DNA of 64,000 bases from Heterodontus francisci (Eukaryota), in the NCBI RefSeq assembly GCF_036365525.1, contig NC_090408.1, positions 30,558,269 through 30,622,268 on the forward strand, read 5' to 3'. Positions 11,961 to 22,964 of the stretch are shown piece by piece. A program made the translations under genes and the position numbers. Below the pieces are notes generated by a model. It saw only the letters and a program-made list of their open reading frames with translations. It had not been told where the DNA came from and did not search any database. Each line of letters starts with the position of its first letter. The first letter of the stretch is position 1.

Positions 11961-13619
11961 AAGTAGTAAAAGTTCACTCTGGTTCAATAAGGGACTGTTT
12001 GGAGATTAGGATTAAAGTACATTGTTGGAGTCAGTTTTACCCTGGAGCTGGTAGATGCCATATGATTGCCGGGCTGTTGTCAAAGGGAATTAAAATTGGA
12101 TAAGTGTGTTAGTCCCTTGCATTGGCATCTCTCACCTTAGTGAGCACAGGAAGGAGTTCCAGATCCTCTCTGCACTTTTGGACGTAGATATTCATGGATA
12201 TCAGACTGGAGAATGACAGTCTTGCTGGTATTCAAACATGTCGCCGTTGATGTGTGAGGCAAGTGTGTTGCTGCTTCATCACAGAGCCAGTCTGATCTGT
12301 GTTACTTTGCAGTTGCCTCCAGTAAAGCAACTGTTGCAACAAATAAAGAGAAAATGCTTGGAGGAAAGTAGATGAAGCAAGGTCAGGAGCTACCAAACGA
12401 GGGCACCAGATACTGTACATCCTTTGAAGCTACATTTATACTGAGCTAGAACTCTGTTGTATTTCATGATATTTCAGTGCTTTCGTAAAATGTATCTTTC
12501 ATTTTCCAATATCTGGTGGGTAAGAAAAATTAAAGAAATTCAGGTTAGTTCAAAGCAGTTCTGCTGTGAAATGATTGATGGCATTTTTCGCAACAACCTT
12601 TACCCACTTGCCAATTTTGATTCTGATTAGTGCCCTACTTAGAGATAATTTACCTTATTCCTTTGTGCACATTTGCCTGCTGATTTTTTTTCCCCCTCTC
12701 TTTCCCGAACAGCTTTATAATTTTTGATTTGCAGCATCGCCAAAACAGATTTCCGTGTGGTAATGCAAAACATTGTGTTTACACCTGCACATTGCAAGGA
12801 TTATTTCCTTTGCTAATTTACAGATCATATGCAAGTCAGCAGCCACTCTACTGTCTTCATTCGTTTTCGTGCCAGAGGAATTCATCTCATTGCCTAGCAG
12901 CACTTCTGGAGACGCAAAAAATGTTAATGTGAAAACTAAACCTAACTAAAGAGATATATATTGAATCTGCTAATCCTCTGGGATCTAGGATGTTTATAAT
13001 TGTCTCTTTTCATGATTTGCTCATGTTATGGTGCAAGTTTTGGTTATTTGATTTCTGCAAGGCTTCTTTAACCTGAGACTGCTAAATTGCCGAGGTTTGA
13101 ATATTAACAGGAATGTGTCAGGGATGCATACTGATTTGCTCCTGCAGCAAATTTAGATGCACATATCCAGTAAGTATCTGATCTATGGGCTGCTATAGAC
13201 ACAGCAACTGTATCATCTAGACAGGTGCAAAAATCCATTTGCATGAATAATTTACAAAATGAAATTTGAAATCTAAACTAGATCATTTAATGCAAATAAT
13301 AAAACTTCATGGAATATCCCGCTTTCCTTCACCGGAGCAGTTGGATACAACATGAGACGCCATAAGATTCAGAAGAGCAAAGAATATGTGAGAACCAGAT
13401 TGTAACACTCAGAAAAAGAGTATGTGTGCTCTTGAATGCAGAAATTAGGTCAAAGTCCTAAATTCTAACTTTTAGTATCATGTATTCTATAATTTCTTAT
13501 AGGACCTCTCACTAAAATAGAAGGCGTCTGAAATGTTTTTTTTAAATGTTACAAGTTGAAGATTTTAATCAGTTTTCTTTTTTGGATTGATTGAAGCAAT
13601 GAAGCTTTAAAAGCTTTGG

Positions 13620-13702
13620 ATCATAGGAATAGGAGTAGGCCATTTAGCCCATCCTGTTCTGCCATTCAGTGAGATCATGGCTGGTCTGTGACCTAACTCC
13701 GT
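13620..13702 (-). mobile_element. CR1 3' tail fragment
   Basis: ataggagtaggccatttagccc..ctgccattca.tgagatcatggctg, as at 10916 and 62155. Confidence 0.7.
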
Positions 13703-13921
13703 ACTTGGTGGGTTCCTCTGCTAGTGTCTTGGATCAAACTAGCTTCCACGATAAAATGAAATGATTGGTAGTTCTAAAGCCTTATGTAAAACAGTGCCCA
13801 ACCGAATGCCAGGAAATGTATAAAATATTTCACAAGATCAAGATATCTGATCACCATCATCACATGAGCATCCTGCAGAAACCTGAGTATGGGCAGGGGC
13901 ATTTCAACGGTAAAAGGAAAA

Positions 13922-14031
13922 GGAGGATTTGCATTTATATAGTGCCTTTCATAACCTCAGGATATCCCAAAGCCCTTTACAGGCAAAAAAGTACTTTTTG
14001 AAGTATAGTCACTGTTCTAATGTAGGAAATG
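13922..14031 (-). mobile_element. Deu-SINE 3' fragment
   Basis: ttgcatttatatagtgcctttca..cccaaagccctttacag..tagtcactgtt..aatgtaggaa is the reverse complement of the SINE tail. Confidence 0.75.
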
Positions 14032-14152
14032 TAGAGATGGGAGAATTATATTGGCAGGTGAGTCAGTGTTGGAAATTAAAACTATTAAGGGCTTTTTGTT
14101 TATTTTTCTCTTGTCTGTGGGTCCATCGAGCTTATGTGTAAACTTAAGCTGA

Positions 14153-15160
14153 TGGCTCAGAATTTGCAGTTATAATGATGGCGAAACTGTCACCATCATT
14201 ACTCTTTGAAACTGACAACAATTTCTGATGTACGCACATGAACAGTTAAACGCAGAGATCCAGAAGTTGCCGTCACTGATTCCTCACTCTTCCACATGGT
14301 GTACTTTTGAAGTCCTCACAGATGGAAATCAATCAGAAATCACTGATCTGATGTGAACTTCTGCTTTTTACACTATTATTCTGACTGTAAAAACTCTTGA
14401 AAATAATTAAGCCTGTTGAATGAGGTGTAGCTGGGTTTTTAATGGCATACTTTCTTTGGCCTCCTTATCTCGAGAGACAATGGGTAAGCGCCTGGAGGTG
14501 GTCAGTGGTTTGTGGAGCAGCGCCTGGAGTGGCTATAAAGGCCAATTCTAGAGTGACAGGCTCTTCCACAGGTGCTGCAGAGAAATTTGTTTGTTGGGGC
14601 TGTTACACAGTTAGCTCTCCCCTTGCGCCTCTGTCTTTTTTCCTGCCAACTACTAAGTCTCTTCGACTCGCCACACTTTAGCCTACTAAGTGTATAGCAT
14701 ACATAGCATACTAAGTCATAGTTATTGCTGAATAACCTCTTTGGCCCTGAAAAGCTAATTTTGTATTTGTGGAATGTCAAATTTCTGCATTCATTGATAA
14801 ATTCCATAGATTTTTAAAATAATGTTTTCAGATTTTATCATATTTCAGCTTCTACCTTAATCCCAGGTGTATATCCCAATCTTTATTTTGCCTTCTGTAA
14901 AATTATGAATGGATGATAAAACCTGCTTGTTATTTCCTGGTTTGCCGTGAGAATTCTTCAATGTGATAGGCTGCTTAGCCTGCTTGATAATATCGCTGTT
15001 GCTGGAAGCCGCAGATCACCTATAGCTAGTGCCAGAATGAAATTAACATTGGGAAGGGCAAAACTCACATTAAGATACCGCGAGGGATCTTTGTGGGCAG
15101 CTTTCTTCGAGGTCAGCACAGAATGCTGTCACTTTGCCACTGACTGCAAAATTCGGGCCA
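14153..15160. mobile_element. MITE / non-autonomous DNA transposon (PIF/Harbinger-like) with a nested RTE
   Basis: Terminal inverted repeats (TIRs) tggctcagaatttgcagt and actgcaaaattcgggcca. Flanked by tga on both sides (14150-14152, 15161-15163). Confidence 0.75.
14451..14683 (-). mobile_element. RTE-clade LINE 3' fragment (C-terminal C2H2-like motif)
   Basis: Encodes FLCSTCGRACHSRIGLYSHSRRC. About 10 mismatches in ~230 nt versus 45901-46130. Confidence 0.9.
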
Positions 15161-15983
15161 TGACCTTCATTAAGGATATTCCTCCTTTGCTATACCTGCA
15201 CCGGTTTTGGAAAAGAGCTTATGTGGTTTGCATCTTTGAAAGCCCAATAATGAATGCCCACTTTCCTGAAATAACAAGGCACCTATGTAACTCTATTCAA
15301 AAAGGAACTGGTAGAAATCATTGCACTTTTGAATTAGAAAAGAAAATCGTATCTTTTATGTGTGAAATGAGAAGCTGGATTGGTTTCATTTTTACTGCTT
15401 TTCCAAGTAAAATCATGGTGATTGCTTCAGTGTTTAACAAGGCTCTCAACACGTTGCAAATTATAGGTTATTACTATAAGTAGTAAATGCTAAATGCAAC
15501 TAGCAACAAAGAGGTTTGACATCAATAACACAGCAGACAAGGGGTAGGATTGTAGACAAGTAACGAACCGCAGCCATGACAATAGCAGATGTATGGCTTT
15601 GATTTTTAAAAATGCATAAAGTTGAAAATGATACACTGTTTACAGCAAGATTGTGTGTAAGTAATCTGATGTTCTGCAGGACTGTACTGTAGCCTTTCAG
15701 TTATTATGAGAATTCTGTTGCAATTATTGTATGAACACCATCGAAATGATCATTTATAAAGATGAAAATTTACCTTTGCTTTAATGTACTGCAACCAGTG
15801 TACAGGTACCAAGGTTTGGGGGCTGGTATCATTCTAAGTAGATGGTAGTAGAGGTGGCTTATTTGCCATATCCTTGTCTTTTCCATGAGATGTTCAGGTA
15901 GTATGCTACATTATTAGTCATTGGTAGCTCAGTCAGATTTTGAAAGAACGATGCAGTAATTCAATAAGAAGAAGCACTGTAAT

Positions 15984-16400
15984 AGCTCGTGATAGTTCAG
16001 TGGGCAAAGCTACAGTGTGGTGCTGAACCATATAGGTTAAAAGCTTCTGGGATGGGGTTTGCAGACTATGCTGAATTAGCTGATCTCAGCCATGGAGCAG
16101 TTAGGGAGCTACAGTTGGACTTTATGTCTCTGGCCCAGGGAAGATAAAAAGAAACTGAGCAGATTTCCTGCACCTGCTAACTATTGTATTATCCCTGCTG
16201 GAAAGTGCACGTATGGACATTAGGCAAGATCAGGATCAGATTCAACTGATATGCCCTCCATATTCAAAAAGGCTCTGAAGTCCAGCCTCATGTCTGAAAA
16301 ATAGCCATTGCATGAGGTACTGGAGGGTGGCCAAAGCCTGTGAAACTATATCCCAGCAAGTTAACATCCTCAGGAGTGGAAACTGCGGTAAAGGAAAATT
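15984..16400 (+). mobile_element. Ancient SINE-like repeat, unclassified
   Basis: Shares tgctgaattagctgatctcagcc, ctgctggaaagtg and gccattgcatgagg blocks with 29910, 32960 (minus) and 37890. Confidence 0.6.
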
Positions 16401-18189
16401 TTAATGATGTATTTAGGCAGGGACATCTCATAACATTAAGAATATATCAGTATTTGCCTTATGTCAATATTTATCAGCATTTATGCAATATATGCAGATA
16501 CTATATACACGGTTAGCAATTACAAACACATCAGATACAGTGTTTGCTTTTTGTTAATTGAACTCTGACGCTGGATAAAGAGAGCTTTCTGTTTTGATGG
16601 GACTGGTTGAACAAAATGTTCTAAATCCTGTAAACTGCCTGAAGCAGTAGTTCCATAAAGTTTTGGGAAACTGTCTTGTTCATTAGTCACAGAAGGGACT
16701 GCGTGGGAATGGGTCCCTGTTTATTTGTTGTGGTAATTTCTGCCGGATCTCTGGTCAATGTTTAAATAGTATCCAGAGTTTAGTACAAAACAACTACTAA
16801 CGTCAGCATGTATATGGTCTGAGGGATGTACTCAGAATGTCTCTGGAAAGACAAATTAGGAACGAGAAACAACAAGGTAGATTAGAGCTGATATGTGCCT
16901 AAGGGGCTGCTTGGAATGAAAATGAAAGATATGTTGGGTGCTACGTAAAAGTTACTTCTCCTCCCCTCCCCTTCTTCTTTGGTTTTATCTGACAGGATAT
17001 TAAACACATTATGTCATCATGTAAACCATTGTCAACATACAGTTTGTTTTCAGGCACTGTATACATGTTTCTTTCCACTTAAAAAATGCTTTGGATAATA
17101 GCTCTACAAGACTGAAAATACAAACAGAACCAGCATCCGGAGACAGGGAAATGAGGGCTGGTTCCTTTAATTTGGACACCCAGGTGTTTCTAAACTGGTT
17201 CCCATGAAGTGATTGTGTACCACTCACCTACCATTGTAATGTATCCGAAACCTCCCAGAAGAACTAACTGGAATATGCATTACACATAAATGTTGATGAT
17301 AAATTGTAAGGTATTAGTTCAGTGTGATTGCTTTTCGTGCCCCAAAACCACAATTATACAGCTGAATGAACTTAAGAAAGGATGAAAAGGGTTATGACGG
17401 AGTACTTAAACTGATCGGCTTTTAACATTTCTAAAGGATGCTAAAGAATCATGAAATTTTACAGAATATTTTTTAAAAAGTAGGTAGCAATGAGGATAGG
17501 ATGAATACTATCCTCTGGTGTAATATTCACTGATACTGTACATCTTGGGTTCATTGTTGCTGTTCAAAGACAAAATGTCGCCAACAGTCTGTCTTTAACA
17601 TTAAACAGTCACAGAGAAATATGTTTCATTCCACATGATTTTCTGACTGTTGACATCTGACTCCACCCATTTATTGCACTGTCTGTGTCATCTACATTCA
17701 TTGTACATGTGGTTTTTGAGTCCTACAGTACAAAGGACTAAATTGCCTGGCACAGTCCAGCTCTGTCATATTGCTGGGATCAGCAGCTCTAATGGATCAG
17801 TTCAATATTCCTGTAGTCAATGATAACCCTCCATGTTCAAATAGCTGTGCATTTTGTTGAAAAAGTGGCCTGTGTAATAGGAAAACCAAGAGAATGAGGA
17901 TGTTCATAAAGACATAAAAGGCATCTGGAAGGCAACATCTTGTACAGTTCACCCCTCCAAAGAAATCTTTCCTCAGTGCTAGCATTTTGAACTATACAAA
18001 GCTGCTGTTGTGCAACTGGAATCCATTATTACCCATCACTGAAAAATTAGTTTATAAACTTTATTGGGGTGGCATTAAAATTAGATAAAGGAGGTTTTGA
18101 AATGCACCTCTTCGTCCACTTCAGAAACAGATACTAAGTATTAATTTAATAAGTTTGCAAGTCCTTATTATCCATTATAGTCTCGCCTG

Positions 18190-19255
18190 CATCCATCTTT
18201 TGCTGAGCATTTTTACCACTTTCTTTCTCAAAATATTTTTAAATTGTTTTTGCTGTTAACGTTGGTATCTTTGCAAGTTTTTTTTTAAATATATTCTGTT
18301 TTTGCACCTCATTACTTTCTTTGTATCCCTTTGCTTTTAACATCTCTCCCAGTCCACTGGATTTCCATTTTTCCTCATATTTGGGTAAGCCTTTTCTATC
18401 TCTTGCCTTGTTTGTTGACCATAGCTGCTTGCCTTCACAAAATACATTGATTTTTAGGGAGATGTACTGTTTTTGTATCATACCAAATACTTCCTACTGT
18501 TTGTAGGTTTACCCATTCAACAGTTCAGCCCAGTTCATTGTGGTCAATTCAATTCTCATGCCTTCAAAGTTTGCCATACTTAAATTTAAAACCTTGGGTT
18601 ATGACTCATCTCACTCCTTCTGAAACCCAATATTAAATTCAATCGTAGTAGGATCACTACTTTTGCAATGTTCCCGTACCATCTGATTGTTAACTAATTC
18701 TGAAATAATTGCCATTACTCAACAGGCACTTGTATTTATATAGCACGTTTAACATAATGAAACGTCCCAAGGCACTTCACAGGAGGGTTATAAAGCAAAA
18801 TTTGACATGGAGCCACATATTAGAACAGGTGACCAAAAACTTCATCAAAGAGGTAGGCTTTAAGGAGTGTTTTAAAGGAGGAAAGAGAGATGGAGGGATT
18901 TAGGGAAGACATTCTAGGGCCTAAGTAACTGAAGGCACTGACACCAACGGGCGTAGCAATTAAAATCAGGATACACAAGAAGCCAGAATTAGAGGGGTAC
19001 GGGTATCTTGGAGGGTTGTGGGGCTGGATGAGATTAGAGAGGGGTGAGGCCATGGAGAGATTTGAAAACCGAATCCAGTATGGCCTGTTCCTTCATTGGT
19101 TCTAAAACATATTGTTCCAAAAACTTTCTGAATTAAATTCTAGCTTCATTGCCTATTCTACTTGAGCTGCTTCTCCCAGTCAATGTGAAAATTAAAGTAC
19201 CCAATATAATCACATTGTTTTTGCTCCATCCTTCCCTGACCTCTCTATTTATATA
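18190..19255 (-). mobile_element. Old CR1 fragment (APE and linker) interrupted by L2
   Basis: Degenerate similarity to CR1 ORF2 (tttgccatacttaaatttaaaacc, gatcactact, ctcccagtcaatgtgaaaattaaagtacccaat) on both sides of the L2. Confidence 0.5.
18720..19070 (-). mobile_element. L2 3' fragment
   Basis: Collinear with 8639-9020. ORF shows SAFSYLGP..LSSFKTLLKAYLF. Confidence 0.85.
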
Positions 19256-21354
19256 CCACTGCCCCCCGCCCACCCATACTGCATCATGACATGTCTGTAG
19301 ACCACAGGTTAATGGTTATTGGTGAGAACAGTTTGTAGATTGGGAGGCACTTGTAAATTTCCAGATTCACATTGAGAGGAACTAGCAGGGAATGATAGCC
19401 TTCTCTCTTTTATATACTTTTGAGATTGAATTGTGACGAATGCATGGTAAACACTGGACTTCCAAAGACAGAAGTACTATTGTGTTCCTTACTGAGTCTG
19501 CAACAGGAGAGCCCAAGTGAATAGTTCATTTATAACTGAGAGACTGACATTGCAAAGCTATACTCCAAATTTTCTGGCACAATTCAGGCTCCTTATTTAA
19601 GTGCAATTGTTTCATTTTCAAAATTACCTTTTGTGAAGCTCCAGTTTGTGGTGAAAGATGATAACAGCACAGCCTGTTGAAGTAATGTATGGCACCAGAC
19701 AGGCTCTGTACATCTGTTATATTCTGTAGCATAGCCTGAAGTAGTGAGCTTTCGGAATAGTATTAACAATGGATCAAAATCGTTGCCACCTGTCATGCCT
19801 GGCCTTTCTCCTTTAAGCAACAGCGTGTGTGAACAATGTCAGAAAGCAGGCACACCATCAAGTGCTAGCCAAAGAGGCTGCAATATGCAAAGAAAAAAAT
19901 AACCTCTTCATAGCACAAATTGGAGAGGCATTTGTGACATGCTCGTCTCCATCTCGTCTCTCTTGTGCCTCAATGAAGATGCTTTTATTCCTGATTCTAG
20001 TTAAAAAAAACATCATAGATGGTGCATGATATTCCTCGGGCTCTGGGCTTTCAGTAAACTGCTGCAAGTGCTGTTCTTTTGAGAAAATACAGCATGTGTC
20101 GCACACCACTAATTCATAACCCTGAAATAAATCTATAATTTTGGAATCTCCTTATGGCCCAAAATAATTTAAAAGTGAGAACTTGGCAAAAATGCCATTC
20201 TCCAGAAGTGCTGCATGAGCAAGAGTGTCAAATACAATGTTGTTACCCAAACTCCTGCTCCAATGGCAAATCAGTCAATACACAAGTCAAGGAGATCCAC
20301 ACATACTGTACAATTTTCGCCCAGAGGTAGACCGTTGGTCAGCATGAGAAGCACTGCTGAATTATGGCTGAGAATTATTTCAAAACTGTTTTCGATGTGC
20401 TTTTGGTGTCTGATCCCTTTGTAAAGAATGCAACAAAAAGCCCAGGTATTAGAACAGCTGCAGTTTGTTAATTTTAACATTTTTAAGATGGCAAAATGTA
20501 ACTTAAGCTGCTACAAACTGTTCCTACAGTCACAGCACTGTAGAATGAAGTTACAACATCCCAATGCTCCATAAGAAACAACAATATGATACAGGACAGG
20601 GAAGCAACTGCATTATTGTGCTGCATTAGTGAACTGAGATGGAGATTAACATTTCACAAATGCCTGGCCAATTTCTGGTGTGAATAGGTTTTTACTGTCT
20701 TGAAGTTGTGTGTTCCAATCTCCTAAATTGGTAGTTGATGCTGTGCAATGATGTTTCTGGCAATGTTCATATATACTATTGCATAAAGAAGAAGGGCAGG
20801 CAAGGCAGGAGGCTATAAATCAATCCTTTGTTAATATTACTTCAAAAACTGTAGGCAGTGAATGCAACACATGCAAAGAATCTGACTATTTGGTGTTTTG
20901 CAGACCCTATGTTAACATCAGGTTGTGCTGTTGTGTTTTCCTGAAGGTCATTAGCAGACTTTGAATCCAGGATGTAACTCGTACACCCATATAAGCTGGG
21001 ATGTGACTTGCACACCACTGCAACTGATTTGCTTTCTGTCCTCCTGAGTTAAAAAAATTGCAGGAGTGACCAACACAGCAAAATGCCCTCAATTGTTGTC
21101 GAAGGCGATTGGTAACCTCTCAGTTACCCCAGAGTTCTAGTACAGTACAGTCCAAGCACAGGCAGTACATAAATAATGGATCCAATTATTGTTGGCCCAA
21201 CCTCATTAAGTCGTATTGTAGTCACTGAGCCAGGTCCCTACACGTACACACAGTGACCAAACTCTGCCTTTTTGAATCTGATCCCAGATATTCAGCGCTT
21301 GGATTACAGAAAGAATTTAAACTCTTCGGACAGACTTATGTGAGCACAGGACAC

Positions 21355-22169
21355 ACTGGGCTGAATTTTACTGGCCCCTTGACACTGCGGGTCCCAGTGC
21401 AGAGGAAGGTAAAATTCTGCGGGGAGAGGCCCGCTTCGACCCGCGACGTCGAGAAGGGCCCACTGCATATTACCGGGGGGGTTGGGGGAGGAACCTTGGT
21501 GCGGCCCACCCACCGCCTGGAGGTGGGCCCTTCATCTCGATATGCAGATTGCCAATAAATGTATGCAAAATAACTTACCTGTCGTCCCATGCTGATTTTA
21601 CGGCCTCCGTTCGGCCTTCGCGCGCCTTCAAAACTGCTCACGGAGTTCCGAGGCGAGAACCTGGTGGGGAGGGGGAAGGGGATAAAATTTTCAGGGCGGG
21701 AAGGGTGGAGGAGCAGAGAAATCAATTTTTATTGGATGTGGGGATGGTGGGATGGAGTTGAAGGGCATAAGGTTGGGGGGGTGGAATTCGGATATCTGAA
21801 AAATCAATTGATGGTCATTTCAGGCAATGAAATGACCCTTTGAGGGGGGGGGAGGTTTCTGAAGGGCCTCCATCACTTATTTTTATCTTTAATGAAAATC
21901 AATTATATTTTTCCTTTAAAAATTATAATTATTTGTAAGAGCTTAAAGCCCTTTAAAAATGGCGCCTGCACGGTGACGCGGACGTCGTTGCCGGGGATGC
22001 GGTGGCCGCCCCCACACATCATCAGGGCGGATGCTCCACCCCCATTATTTAAATGAGCCCCCGTGCAAAATATCACGGGGGCTCCTTGGCAGCTGCTGAA
22101 TGCGGGCACTCCACTGAGTTCAAAGGGCGCCGCCGCACAGGGCGGTGCCCGAATAAAATTCAGCCCAGT
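21355..22169. mobile_element. Young CpG-rich MITE (PIF/Harbinger-like)
   Basis: Perfect 16-bp inverted repeat actgggctgaatttta (21355-21370) / taaaattcagcccagt (22154-22169). CpGs retained. No recognisable protein. Confidence 0.85.
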
Positions 22170-22429
22170 ATGTTTTTTTAGTTATACTTTGGTGAATGTT
22201 GAAATAATACTTTCAGCAACAAATTTATTATGTCATGGGTTGAGTTTGTTAACTGGAGTGAGTGGCGGGGGAGGTGTGGTGAATTGCTGTCGTCGCTGTG
22301 TGCAGTGATGTTGGAAGCCTCTACAATTTGGGCACATTTACACAGTAACTGCTCAGAACAAACAAAGCGATTCTTCCCTATTCAAATCTGCTTTGACTTT
22401 GATTATTAACAGTAACTAATATTTAATGA

Positions 22430-22748
22430 GGTAAATTGGGAATTACTATTTTCACTAGTTGGCGAGTCAGGAACATAAGAGAGAAACATAAATACAAACT
22501 CATCAAAAAAGTGAAGGAAGTGTCTGAGGAGAATTATTTTTACATGGCGGATTATTTGAATGATTACTGCCCAAAAAGTGTTGTAGAAGCAGAATCTAAA
22601 AGGGAAGTGGATAAATATTTGATATGGCTAAATTTAAGAGAGTATGGGAGGCGGGGAAAGGGGCTAAGTTTGTTTGCTGTTTAAGAATCAGCCAAGAGAT
22701 ATGGGTTGAAGGCCTGCAGCCATAATGTAAAATGTAATGATTCTATAA
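22430..22748 (+). mobile_element. Old CR1 3' end
   Basis: HKYKL..PKSVVEAES..KREVDKYL..LREYG-like remnant ending atgggttgaaggcct..aatgattctat. Confidence 0.6.
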
Positions 22749-22964
22749 ATAGTACTGTCAGGCCGTAAAACTGTTCAGAATAGTTTTTTTAAATGTCTTC
22801 CAATGCTTCAATGGATACATACACTGAGTGGCTGTGGCCTGGACCAGACAGGGATTGGTCCGTGCTCCAAGTTAGATCAGCCTTGAGAACGGTAGCCTAT
22901 AGATACGATCCTCTGATTTGGGGTACTGCCCAGGACTTCTGCTTCTGCACTTTTGCCAGTGACC

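Noticed and set aside
14947-15483. 178-aa ORF
   Set aside because: Non-ATG start inside a MITE, runs into the flank, no recognisable homology.
16960-17090. Coding exon after the strong acceptor at 16995
   Set aside because: The frame I translated closes within 30 codons, and no convincing donor or homology was seen.
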